A stretch of 64,000 nucleotides of DNA from Candidatus Woesearchaeota archaeon (GCA_964409555.1 CAYPDP010000002.1:6975-70974), one strand, 5' to 3'; shown: positions 36,251 through 45,863, counted from the stretch's first letter. Notes: generated from the letters alone by a model not told the origin. Program-made: numbers and translations.

Positions 36251-37216
36251 TTATCTTTTAATTCTTAGATTCCAACCTTTTTTTGTATCTATTTTTTTAA
36301 ATTGTGCTACAAAAGATGCAATAAAAGTTAAAACTATCCAAAAAAATACTAAAAATAATATTTTATAACCTTTTTTTAAAGATTCTTTACACATATAAAA
36401 TATTAAATTAGACATTCCTTCTTTAAAAATATCGCTCGTTCCTTCTCTGGAAATTTTTACCTGTTTTCTTGCCATCGCAGTTCTTACTTTTTGTTTAAAT
36501 AAATCTTTTATAGAAATAGAATTATAGACTGCAATCATTCTTGGAAGATTTATATCTTCAAATAAAACAATTTTGTAACCTTTTTTCATTATATCAAAAG
36601 TTCTTTCAAAATCATCTCCTAGAGTATTATTTTCTTTGTAAAGTTTTTTTCTAAAAATATTTGTGAGAAACATTGCTGGTTCTTTAATATATTTTATTTT
36701 ATCTTTAGTATAAGTTAATTTTTCCTTTTGAAAATTTATCCAAAAATAAGAACTATAAGCAACCATTTTGTAACCAATATTTCCTCTTTTAATCTTTATT
36801 TTTTCCCATTCAACAGGATAAGCATCTGCAATTCCCCCTATTTCTTCTTTATCAAATATCTTAATAATTTTATTAATACCTTCAGGATATTTTGTAGAAA
36901 TTAGCCAATCAGCATCATTAATTATAATTATCTCACCTTTAGCTTTTTTTATAATTTTGTTTACAACTGCAGGTTTTCCTTTTCTTTCATTTAAAATAAA
37001 ATATTTAAATATTTTAGAATATTTTTCAGAGAATTCCTTAACAATACTTTCTGTTTTATCTGTACAACCATCAAGACCTAAAATTACTTCGTATTTAGAA
37101 TAATTTAAATTAACAAGATTATTCAAAGTTTTTCTAATTATCTTTTCTTCATTATGTACTGGAACTAAAAAACTTATCATTTTTTTAGAAGAATTTTTTA
37201 CCATATATTTCAACAA
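36251..37216 (-). CDS. GT2 glycosyltransferase with a C-terminal TM segment
   Basis: ISFLVPVHNEEKIIRKTLNNL, LGLDGCTDKT and IIINDADW motifs. Confidence 0.8.
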   Translation of the reverse strand: MLKYMVKNSSKKMISFLVPVHNEEKIIRKTLNNLVNLNYSKYEVILGLDGCTDKTESIVKEFSEKYSKIFKYFILNERKGKPAVVNKIIKKAKGEIIIINDADWLISTKYPEGINKIIKIFDKEEIGGIADAYPVEWEKIKIKRGNIGYKMVAYSSYFWINFQKEKLTYTKDKIKYIKEPAMFLTNIFRKKLYKENNTLGDDFERTFDIMKKGYKIVLFEDINLPRMIAVYNSISIKDLFKQKVRTAMARKQVKISREGTSDIFKEGMSNLIFYMCKESLKKGYKILFLVFFWIVLTFIASFVAQFKKIDTKKGWNLRIKR

Positions 37217-37242
37217 TTAATTAGAGTATATTAAGATTTATA

Positions 37243-38376
37243 TTATTTATGAATAATTTTATTAATTTCCTTTATAAATTTTTTTTGAATAAATTCATGT
37301 GAAAAAATTTTAGAAGAATTTAAAATTTTTTCTCTATTTTTTCTTTTAAAATCCTCATTAATGCATAAATCAATTTTTTTTGCAAAATCCTTTAAATCAT
37401 AAGGTTTTGCATAGTAACCATTAATTTTATCTTTTATCTGTTCAGTAGGTCCTGCCCCATCTTCCCAAACAACAACTGGTGTTCCACAAGCTAAAGATTC
37501 AGCCGGAACAAGTCCAAAATCTTCTCCAGGAGTTGGATAAGCTAAAATTTCTGCATTAGAATAATATTCAACTAACTTATTTGTATTAAGTCTTCCTAAA
37601 AAATTTATTTCAATTTTATTTTTAGATGCAAGTTTTTTTAATTCTCTAATATAATTTTCATTTCCACTTCCAGATATATATAAAGGTAATTTATTTTTTG
37701 AATAAACTAAAGAATTAATTAACCAATCAAATTTTTTATCAGGAATTATCCTTCCTGGAGAAAAGATATATTTTTCTTTAATTTTTTTCTTTGAAGGATT
37801 AAATATTTTATCTAAATCGGGATATAGGCATACTGAATTAACATTATAATTCTTATCTATTTTATTCTTAGTAAAATTACTATTTGAAAATATTAAAGAA
37901 TTTTCTTTTACTAATTTTTTATCCAATTTAGAAAGTATTGGTCCTAAAATCCAAGATAAGATAACTGCTAATTTCCTCTCAAAAGTATTTGCCCATTCTA
38001 ACTTATCTTTTCCCTTTAAATAAAGAAAATTTGGGAGATGATTCATATAAAAAATCTTTTTCTGTTTTTTATTTCTTATAAGAAAACTAGCAGGAAAACT
38101 ATAACTAATAAATAAATCTATTTTATATTTTTTTAATTTATTAAAACCTAAAAAACAAGATAATAAATTAATCCATAAATAACTTGATTTAAAAAAAGGT
38201 AATTCATAAACTTTTATTTTTTTTGATTTTAAAAAATCTTTCATTTCATCCCCAAGATGACAAGTTAAAATAGACACTTCATGACCTTCTTTCATTAAAA
38301 AATCTGCATGATTTGTAATAAGTCTTTCTATCCCTCCATTTTCTTGAAGAAATTCATAAATAAGAGTAATTTTCAT
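37243..38376 (-). CDS. GT4 (group 1) glycosyltransferase
   Basis: C-terminal EDFGLVPAESLACGTPVV (E-x7-E region). Confidence 0.8.
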   Translation of the reverse strand: MKITLIYEFLQENGGIERLITNHADFLMKEGHEVSILTCHLGDEMKDFLKSKKIKVYELPFFKSSYLWINLLSCFLGFNKLKKYKIDLFISYSFPASFLIRNKKQKKIFYMNHLPNFLYLKGKDKLEWANTFERKLAVILSWILGPILSKLDKKLVKENSLIFSNSNFTKNKIDKNYNVNSVCLYPDLDKIFNPSKKKIKEKYIFSPGRIIPDKKFDWLINSLVYSKNKLPLYISGSGNENYIRELKKLASKNKIEINFLGRLNTNKLVEYYSNAEILAYPTPGEDFGLVPAESLACGTPVVVWEDGAGPTEQIKDKINGYYAKPYDLKDFAKKIDLCINEDFKRKNREKILNSSKIFSHEFIQKKFIKEINKIIHK

Positions 38377-38407
38377 ATAAAATATTAAAAAAAAGTATTA
38401 ATAAAGA

Positions 38408-39928
38408 TTATTGTACAAATTTATAAATTACTACTGCTGGTTTTTGCCTTTCTGAATCAAAAAACCACGCATTTATTAATTTTAGAGAATTATTATTTTC
38501 TACAGGATAACTATAAATATATTTTGGCAATTGATTAAATCCATGAATAATTAAAAAAGTTGGATTTTTTTCCTTAATCATATTCTCAAATTCTGTTTTA
38601 TTTTGAGGAAGAGAATAAGTATTTCTTTCTGCATAATAAATACTATACAGCTCAGCATAAGAGGAAATAACTGTATCTTTTTCGTTACTATTTTCTTTTA
38701 ACCATAAAAATGCATTTTTCATTTGAGAATAAGAATCTTTTTTCTGAATTATTAAACTATTTGAAAATTTTATTTGGGAATATGCTCCCAAAAATAAAAC
38801 TAAGATAATAAAAATTATAATAAATTCTTTTTTATATTTTCCAAGATATTCTGATACAGAGATTATACCAATTGCTGAAAAAAAGACTAAAGGAATTATT
38901 GAAAATAACAACCACCTATCTTCTGCGCCTTTTATATAAAAAATGAAAAATGAAAAAATAACTAAAAATATTATTAATAATAAAGCATTTCCTTTTAATC
39001 TTTGTTTTTTCTTTATTAAATCAAATCCTAAAATTAATTCAATTAAAATAATTATTAACCCAATTAAGAAAAATATAAAAAATACAGTTTTTAAATAAAC
39101 TGAAATAAAATTTAAAATATTAAACGCAAACTTGGAAGAAACAGCTTCAACATAAGATGAATTAGGTAAAATTGATTTATATCTTATTATATTAGATAAA
39201 AAGAAAATTAGAAGAGGAGAAATTCCTAAAAAACCCCCAATCCAAAAAGATTTTTGTTTGAGAATACTAAAACCTTTAAAAATAAATATTGCAAATAAAT
39301 ATGCAAATAAAATTAATCCATTAGGATATCTTAAAAAAATTGCAATAGATATAGCAAATAAAGATATTGAAAAATATTTAACTTTAAAGTTAGTTTTCTC
39401 TGATAAAATAAAATAATACAAACTAATTAAGATGAAAAATAAAGAAGGAACTCCTGTAAGTAAACGCATAGAATAAAATAAATGTATCCATATTGTTGAA
39501 AAAATAAATGCAGAGACTAATCCCACTTTCTTATTATATAGTTCCTTCCCTATTAAGAAAATAAGAAAAACTGAAAAAAATGAAGGTAAAATTATTAATA
39601 TAAATTTAATCAATTCTTCAGAAAAATTTATTCTTAATAAAATAGACCATAAAAAAGGCAATAAAAACGGGCGAATAAATTTTTCCCCAGATAAGGCTAC
39701 ACTACTTCTAAATTTATGAATAACTAAATCTTTAGCAATACTACCATAAGCAGTTTCATCCCACCAAAGAGGTTGTCCAGAAGTGATAAAAAAATAATAT
39801 AATCGAATAAATAACGCAAAAGCTAAAATTCCTATTAAAATTAAATTAGTTTTATCTTGAAAATAATCTTTAATCTTTTTCTTAATATATTCTTTTCTTT
39901 TATCAATTTTATCTAAATCTTCAGACAT
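38408..39928 (-). CDS. GT-C membrane glycosyltransferase (ArnT/PMT_2-like)
   Basis: 506 aa and polytopic. The first loop reads GQPLWWDETAYGSIAKD, with an acidic D-E pair as in the GT39/GT83 families. Confidence 0.7.
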   Translation of the reverse strand: MSEDLDKIDKRKEYIKKKIKDYFQDKTNLILIGILAFALFIRLYYFFITSGQPLWWDETAYGSIAKDLVIHKFRSSVALSGEKFIRPFLLPFLWSILLRINFSEELIKFILIILPSFFSVFLIFLIGKELYNKKVGLVSAFIFSTIWIHLFYSMRLLTGVPSLFFILISLYYFILSEKTNFKVKYFSISLFAISIAIFLRYPNGLILFAYLFAIFIFKGFSILKQKSFWIGGFLGISPLLIFFLSNIIRYKSILPNSSYVEAVSSKFAFNILNFISVYLKTVFFIFFLIGLIIILIELILGFDLIKKKQRLKGNALLLIIFLVIFSFFIFYIKGAEDRWLLFSIIPLVFFSAIGIISVSEYLGKYKKEFIIIFIILVLFLGAYSQIKFSNSLIIQKKDSYSQMKNAFLWLKENSNEKDTVISSYAELYSIYYAERNTYSLPQNKTEFENMIKEKNPTFLIIHGFNQLPKYIYSYPVENNNSLKLINAWFFDSERQKPAVVIYKFVQ

Positions 39929-39952
39929 AATAAAATTAAAATAAATGAGTTT

Positions 39953-41362
39953 TTATTTGTTTTTGTTCTCTAAAAAAGAGTTGGCTTTGATAATTTCTTC
40001 ATCTAATCCTTGAATAAAATCTAAATCCATAAATTCTTCAAGAGAAACCCATTTAAAATCTTCAACTTCCAAATTTTTTATAATTTTATCAGAAAAAACC
40101 TCAACTAAATAAGAAATTCCTAAAGTTTTTTTTCCATCAGGTCTATCATAAGAATAATTGTAAATTTGAGTTATAATATTTTTTAAATCTAATCCTGTTT
40201 CTTCTCTTAATTCTCTCTTTAACGCCTCTTTATTTGTTTCTTCATTTTCAACAATGCCTCCTGGAAAAGCCCATTTTCCTTTGTGAATCTCCTCATTCTT
40301 TCTCTTAATCACTAAAAATTTATTTTTTAAAGGATGTTTTACAATTGAATTTACAACCTTAACTAAATTCTTATTATTAATCTCTTCTATAACATTTAAT
40401 ACTTCTAAAGATGAAATACTTTTTGTGAGTTCTTCTGAATACTTATCCATTTTTTCCGGAAAAAAATCTTTTAAATAAGGTGAAATTATTTTTTTAAGCA
40501 AACCATAACCTTCAATTTCATTAGGACTAGAAACAAAAAATAATCCAATAGTTTTTTTTCCTAATGCTAAAGATATATGCAATGCCAGACTATCTGAACA
40601 AACAACAAAATTACATAAATTAATAAGAGATGCAAATTCTAAAATTGAATTATCTGGATTGTTTCTATAAATTTTTATTCCTTTTTTAGATAATTCTTTA
40701 AATAAAATTTCATGCTCTTTTTTTTCATTAGGGCCTCCAAAAATAATTATTTCATAATTTTTATTTTTTGCTTTAATTATAAAATTCTTTAAATTTTCTT
40801 TATGCCATTTTTTTGAAGGCCATCTAGAAGAAGCACCAATATGAACTCCAATTAATTTTTCTTTTTTAAGATTATTAATTTCTAGAAATTCATCTGCATA
40901 TTGTTTATATTTATCTGAAAAAGGAATCTTAGGTAATTGTTTTTTATAAGGCAATTCTGCCACTTCAAACATCATTTCTTGATATGTTTTAGTATTTTTC
41001 TTCTTTAAATCATCATCAAATAAAGTATTAAGATAATATTCTGATTGAAAATTAAAAGCAGCAGGATATCCTCCTTCAGAGTAAAATCCATATTTCTTCT
41101 TTGAATTCATCTTTGAGGTAAAAGTTGTTGCCTCATCATCTATATCAAAATTATATAGTTTATCAAATTCATCTTTTATTTCAGAATTAATAATAAGAGT
41201 TTTGTCTACATAAGGACTTGAATTAACAATTTCAACCGCATTTTTATTAGTAACCCAACTTATTTCTGAATCAGGATATTTTTCTTTAAGTGCTTTTGCT
41301 AAAGGTAAAGTTCTTACTACATCTCCCAAAGCACCTAATTTAATAATCATAATTTTTATCAT
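39953..41362 (-). CDS. fusion protein: GT9 (heptosyltransferase-family) glycosyltransferase plus a C-terminal Nudix hydrolase
   Basis: N-terminal IIKLGALGDVVRTLPLAKALKEKYPDSEISWVT and CSDSLALHISLALGKKTIGLF indicate GT9. The C-terminal Nudix box is GGIVENEETNKEALKRELREETGL (G-x5-E-x7-REUxEExGU). Confidence 0.8.
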   Translation of the reverse strand: MIKIMIIKLGALGDVVRTLPLAKALKEKYPDSEISWVTNKNAVEIVNSSPYVDKTLIINSEIKDEFDKLYNFDIDDEATTFTSKMNSKKKYGFYSEGGYPAAFNFQSEYYLNTLFDDDLKKKNTKTYQEMMFEVAELPYKKQLPKIPFSDKYKQYADEFLEINNLKKEKLIGVHIGASSRWPSKKWHKENLKNFIIKAKNKNYEIIIFGGPNEKKEHEILFKELSKKGIKIYRNNPDNSILEFASLINLCNFVVCSDSLALHISLALGKKTIGLFFVSSPNEIEGYGLLKKIISPYLKDFFPEKMDKYSEELTKSISSLEVLNVIEEINNKNLVKVVNSIVKHPLKNKFLVIKRKNEEIHKGKWAFPGGIVENEETNKEALKRELREETGLDLKNIITQIYNYSYDRPDGKKTLGISYLVEVFSDKIIKNLEVEDFKWVSLEEFMDLDFIQGLDEEIIKANSFLENKNK

Positions 41363-41369
41363 AGTTAAA

Positions 41370-41376
41370 TTTAAAA
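41370..41376 (+). promoter_or_regulatory. TATA-like box, leaderless spacing to ATG 41399
   Basis: AAATTTAAAATC. The box centre is about 26 nt upstream of the ATG. It lies only 8-14 nt from the divergent ATG at 41362. Confidence 0.4.
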
Positions 41377-41398
41377 TCTATATGTATTTTTAAGGGTT

Positions 41399-41815
41399 AT
41401 GAAGGATAAATTAAAAATATATATAGCAGGAAAAATTAGATCTAAAACAGAAAGAGAAAGACTTGAAAATGTTGATAAATTATGTAAATCTCTAGGTTTT
41501 GAAACTTTTTTGCCTCACAGAGATGTTGGTTTAGCAAAAAACATTAAAGATGTTAAAAAAATTTTTGAAGGAGATATTAAGAAGGGATTTAGAAATTGTA
41601 ATCTAATCATAGCTGTTCTTGATGGCTTAAGTGTAGGTGCCGGAACTTCATGGGAATTAGGATATGCTTATTCAAAAAAAATACCTGCAATTGGTTTAAA
41701 AACAGATGAACCAATTGAAGAAGCTTTGGAATATTTAAGTGCTATATTAATTGGATCTATGGAATTTGTAAATTCGTTAAAAGAATTAGAAAAAAAATTA
41801 AAAGAATTAATCTAA
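41399..41815 (+). CDS. nucleoside 2-deoxyribosyltransferase-family protein
   Basis: KIYIAGKI..., FLPHRD and LDGLSVGAGTSWELGYAYSKKIPAIGL motifs. Confidence 0.65.
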   Translation: MKDKLKIYIAGKIRSKTERERLENVDKLCKSLGFETFLPHRDVGLAKNIKDVKKIFEGDIKKGFRNCNLIIAVLDGLSVGAGTSWELGYAYSKKIPAIGLKTDEPIEEALEYLSAILIGSMEFVNSLKELEKKLKELI

Positions 41816-42712
41816 AGGTTTAGTTGAATTTATTTCAGTAGTCCTCCAACCATCAACATAATTTTTCTTTCTTTTTAAATCTCTAAATGCTTTAAAATAA
41901 ATATAAAGCCTTGCAAAATAAAGTTCAACTGTCCAAAAAAATTCTTTTAAAGTTCTTGGTTGAAATATTACAAAAAGTGCTCCTTCTTTTATTTCTCCAA
42001 AAAAAGATTTTGTTCTTTGCATATTAGGAGCAAGATTATTCAAATTTTCATGCCCTTTAATATTTCTTATCTTTTGATTTGACCAATCTTTCCAATTAGA
42101 TGGATTTTTCACATAAACTTCTGCTTTTTCTGCATAATAAATTTTAAATCCTTTTCTCCAAAACAAATAAGGAATTATGCTATCTTCAGATGCTTTTAAA
42201 GGGAAATTTTGTATAACCCCATTTCTTATTGCAAATAAATATCCTGAACATTCAAAAAATTTCTTTTGATAAGATAATTTTCTTCTAACATTATCAATTC
42301 CTTTAAAAAGAATATTAGACCAGTAACCATATTTTGTTTTTCTTGAATCTAATGAAACTGGTTTTCCAGTAACACAACCTATTTTTTTATTTTTAAAACA
42401 CTTCGTTATTTCAGAAACTGTATTTTTAGAAACAAAAACATCTCCATCAGTTAAGATAAAAATATCATCAAGATTATCTGAAAAATTTTCTTGAAATAAA
42501 ATATTTAAAGCATAACTCTTTCCTTCTCCAGGATCTAAAAAAAATTCAACTTTCTTATTTTTGATCTTACTTTTAATTTCTTTAAGAGAACTTTCAAAAG
42601 GATCTACAACAATTATTTTGAACTTCTCATTAATATTTTGATTCAAAAAAGTTTTTACTGCTCTTATCGTGGCCTTAGGCTCTTTATAAGAAGTAATTAT
42701 TATAATTATCAT
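41807..42712 (-). CDS. GT2 glycosyltransferase
   Basis: IIIITSYKEPKATIRAVKTFLNQ and ILTDGDVFV (DxD) motifs. Confidence 0.75.
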   Translation of the reverse strand: MIIIIITSYKEPKATIRAVKTFLNQNINEKFKIIVVDPFESSLKEIKSKIKNKKVEFFLDPGEGKSYALNILFQENFSDNLDDIFILTDGDVFVSKNTVSEITKCFKNKKIGCVTGKPVSLDSRKTKYGYWSNILFKGIDNVRRKLSYQKKFFECSGYLFAIRNGVIQNFPLKASEDSIIPYLFWRKGFKIYYAEKAEVYVKNPSNWKDWSNQKIRNIKGHENLNNLAPNMQRTKSFFGEIKEGALFVIFQPRTLKEFFWTVELYFARLYIYFKAFRDLKRKKNYVDGWRTTEINSTKPLD

Positions 42713-42713
42713 T

Positions 42714-42908
42714 TTAAATTTTTTCTATAGGATAATCTTCAGGTCTTATTATAATTAATTTTTCACCTTTTTCTGTCTGTGCTTCAATACGACATTTTCT
42801 TTTTCCATGTTTGCCTATATTTGAAATTTCAAATTCAATTATCTCATAAATTTTCCCTGCAATTTTTATTTTATCTTCTTTCTTGAGTTCTTTAGCTTGT
42901 TTTTTCAT
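42714..42908 (-). CDS. aIF5A N-terminal-domain-like small protein (64 aa from ATG 42908)
   Basis: LKKEDKIKIAGKIYEIIEFEISNIGKHGKRKCRIEAQTEKGEKL parallels the aIF5A SH3-like domain, including the hypusine-loop GKHG-x-x-K-x-RIEA. There is no OB domain. The TATA box is centred 26 nt upstream of 42908, so the track's longer start at 42977 is unlikely. Confidence 0.6.
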   Translation of the reverse strand: MKKQAKELKKEDKIKIAGKIYEIIEFEISNIGKHGKRKCRIEAQTEKGEKLIIIRPEDYPIEKI

Positions 42909-42930
42909 ATCTAAAATATTGTGATTATAC

Positions 42931-42938
42931 TTATAAAG
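42931..42938. promoter_or_regulatory. single near-palindromic TATA box shared by divergent leaderless genes (42908 minus, 42959 plus)
   Basis: CTTATAAAG. Its centre at 42934.5 lies 26.5 nt from the ATG at 42908 and 24.5 nt from the ATG at 42959. Confidence 0.45.
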
Positions 42939-42958
42939 TTTGCTGAGTAAAACTTTAT

Positions 42959-43711
42959 ATGAATCAAAAAAATGCAATTGTTTTATGTTCAGGAGGAATA
43001 GATAGTATTACAACAACATATTATGTTAAAAAAAAATTAAATTATAAAAAGATAATTTTGCTTTTCTTTGATTATGGTCAAAGAGCTGTTAAAGAAGAAA
43101 GAAAAGCAGTAAAAAATTATTCTAAAAAAATAAAAACAGAGTTTATAGAAATAAAATTAAATTTTTTTAAAAATATCAATAGTTTATTATTGAATAAAAA
43201 TAAAAAAGTTAAAAAAATAACAAAAAAGAATCTAAAAAATACAAAAAAAGAATCTAAAAAATGGTATGTTCCTTGTAGAAATATTGTTTTTTTAACTATT
43301 GCATTATCAATTGCTGAGGGAAAATATATTAATAAAAAAGAAATAAATGATATATTTGTAGGATTCAAACAAGAAGGTAATGAGGGGTATTTAGATACAA
43401 CTCCTCAATTTGTTAAAATAATGAACTTATTAGGTAAAAATTCATGTTCAGGAAAATTTAAAATAAGAGCTCCTTTAATTAATAAAGATAAAGAAGATAT
43501 AATAAATTTAGGATTAAAATTAGGAATTGATTTCGAAAATACTATTAGTTGTTATTCGCCGATAAATAAAATCCATTGTGGAAATTGCCTTGCATGTACT
43601 CTAAGAAAAGAGGGGTTTCGTTGGTCTGGAAAAAAAGATTTGACTAAATATAATTCTAAAATTATTCAATCAGATAAAAATATAAACCATATTAAAGAAA
43701 TATATAAATGA
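42959..43711 (+). CDS. queC: 7-cyano-7-deazaguanine synthase QueC
   Basis: AIVLCSGGIDSITT PP-loop, VPCRNIVFLT, and the C-terminal Cys cluster CYSP...HCGNCLACTLR. Confidence 0.88.
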   Translation: MNQKNAIVLCSGGIDSITTTYYVKKKLNYKKIILLFFDYGQRAVKEERKAVKNYSKKIKTEFIEIKLNFFKNINSLLLNKNKKVKKITKKNLKNTKKESKKWYVPCRNIVFLTIALSIAEGKYINKKEINDIFVGFKQEGNEGYLDTTPQFVKIMNLLGKNSCSGKFKIRAPLINKDKEDIINLGLKLGIDFENTISCYSPINKIHCGNCLACTLRKEGFRWSGKKDLTKYNSKIIQSDKNINHIKEIYK

Positions 43712-44877
43712 AAATTATACAAATTAATAGTTTTTCATTTTCTAAGCTTTTAAAAAATTTTGAAAAGGAAATATATTCTAACTGGTACGCTCAAGTTGCT
43801 TTTCAATTAAAAAAATATTATCCTAAACTAAAAATAGAAGCATGGACTTTAGAAAAGAACTATAAAAAAGAAAAAAGAAAAAATGTTAAAAAAATAAAAT
43901 TTAGAATTTTTCCAACAAATATTTCAATAAGACATAGTATGGAAATTTCGCTGAAAATGCTCAAAGCTCTTAAAAAAGAAATTAAAAATTCTGAAAAAAA
44001 TAATGAAAAATTAATAATTCATTTTCACGAATATCATACATGGCAAACATATCTTATATTATCCTTAATAAAGAAACATAAAAACCTAAAAATTATTGGT
44101 CAACATCACGGAGCAAGGAGTCCTTTTAAAAATATTATAAAATATAAACGCCTTTTCTTATTTCTTCCTTTAATAATTTTAATGCAAGCCAGTGAATATT
44201 TCTTATTTAGACATATAGATTTTTTTTATTACCAAAGTAAAGAAGAAGAAAATTATCTTAAAAAAATAGTTTCAAAATCAAAAATTAGATTTCAAACTAT
44301 AGGAATAAATAATGAATATTTTAGATATGTTAATAAAAAATATGCTAAAAAAAAGTTAAATTTAGATTTGAATAAAAAATATATTTTATATCTTGGAAGA
44401 ATTAAAACAACTAAAGGAATAAAGGAACTTCTTGATGCATTTAAGGAAATTAAGAATAAAAATATAAAATTACTTTTGGTTGGAGAAGGTGTTGATTTTA
44501 AAAAATATAAAAAATATTCTGAAGAAGAAAATATAGAAAATATAAAATTTATTGGTCCAAAATATGGGAAAGAAAAGATTTTATATTTATCAGCCTGTGA
44601 TATTTTCGTTCTTCCAAGTTACACTGAAGGAGCATCTGTTGCAGTAATGGAAGCAATGGCAAAAAATCTCCAAATTATTACTACAAATGTGGGGGGACTT
44701 CCAAAAACATTAATGAATGGAAAAGCAGGTATATTAATAAATCCTTACTCTCAAGAAGAAATAACCCATGCTATAAACAAAATATTAAAAAAGGATAAAA
44801 AAGATATTAAAAAATACGCTGAAAGATTTAAATGGAATAAAATAATTAAACAAACTTATCATGATTATATAAAATGA
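43708..44877 (+). CDS. GT4 glycosyltransferase
   Basis: YLGRIKTTKGI and LPSYTEGASVAVMEAMAKNLQIITTNVGG motifs. Confidence 0.8.
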   Translation: MKIIQINSFSFSKLLKNFEKEIYSNWYAQVAFQLKKYYPKLKIEAWTLEKNYKKEKRKNVKKIKFRIFPTNISIRHSMEISLKMLKALKKEIKNSEKNNEKLIIHFHEYHTWQTYLILSLIKKHKNLKIIGQHHGARSPFKNIIKYKRLFLFLPLIILMQASEYFLFRHIDFFYYQSKEEENYLKKIVSKSKIRFQTIGINNEYFRYVNKKYAKKKLNLDLNKKYILYLGRIKTTKGIKELLDAFKEIKNKNIKLLLVGEGVDFKKYKKYSEEENIENIKFIGPKYGKEKILYLSACDIFVLPSYTEGASVAVMEAMAKNLQIITTNVGGLPKTLMNGKAGILINPYSQEEITHAINKILKKDKKDIKKYAERFKWNKIIKQTYHDYIK

Positions 44878-45863
44878 AAAAACTTACTGAAAAAGATATT
44901 TGTATAGTTATAGCTACTTATAATAGGGCAGAAGATATTGATAGAACTTTATCCACTTTAATCAAAAATAAAAATATTCCTGGTAAAATAATTGTAATTG
45001 ATCAAAGCAAAGATAATAAAACTAAAAAAATTGTTGAAAAATTTAAAAAAAATTTACCTATAGAATATGTATTTTCAAAAATTCCTTCATCTAGTATTGC
45101 AAAAAATAAAGGAATAAATTTGGCAAAGAAAAAATTTGAATTAATACTAATTTTAGATGATGATGTAGATTTATTTGAAAATTATTTTAAAGAGGCGTTA
45201 AAAGAATTTAATAAAAGACCTAATTTAAAGTGTTTAAGTGGAGTTGATATGAGAAAAAATAAAATACCTTCAAAACTATCAACAATATGGTTAAGATTAT
45301 TTTTTCTACCTTATCTAAAGAAAAATAAAGTAAAGGTTACAGGACCTTATGGAAATTCAATTATTGCTAATATAACCAAAATAATTGAGGATGTTGAATG
45401 GATTCAAGGTTTTAATATGTTTTTTAGAAAAAAAGCCTTTAATAATTATTCTTTACAAGAAATAAAAGGATATAATGTTATAGAGGATGTTGATTCTTCA
45501 TATAGATTATTCAAAAAATATGGTGCAGGAAGCCTGATTATAACTCCAAAGTGTAAAACATATCATAGATATAGTAATATTGCAAGGTATAATGAGCGAA
45601 AAAGAATTTATGTTAATCATGAAGATCATCGTTATATTTTATATAAATATTTTCCAGGACTCAAAAATAGAATTAAATTTTACTGGTCAATTCTTGGAAT
45701 AATATTAGGTCATCTTATTAGATCTTTAATTAAACCAACTATCCAAAATAGAACTTATCTAAAATATAATTTTAATGCAATAATTTATGCTTATAAAAAT
45801 AGAAATAATATCAAAAAAGGAATAATGAGAGAATTCTTAAAAAAGAATTTATCTATGAAATAA
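44874..45863 (+). CDS. GT2 glycosyltransferase
   Basis: ICIVIATYNRAEDIDRTLSTL and LILDDDVDL motifs. Confidence 0.78.
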   Translation: MKKLTEKDICIVIATYNRAEDIDRTLSTLIKNKNIPGKIIVIDQSKDNKTKKIVEKFKKNLPIEYVFSKIPSSSIAKNKGINLAKKKFELILILDDDVDLFENYFKEALKEFNKRPNLKCLSGVDMRKNKIPSKLSTIWLRLFFLPYLKKNKVKVTGPYGNSIIANITKIIEDVEWIQGFNMFFRKKAFNNYSLQEIKGYNVIEDVDSSYRLFKKYGAGSLIITPKCKTYHRYSNIARYNERKRIYVNHEDHRYILYKYFPGLKNRIKFYWSILGIILGHLIRSLIKPTIQNRTYLKYNFNAIIYAYKNRNNIKKGIMREFLKKNLSMK

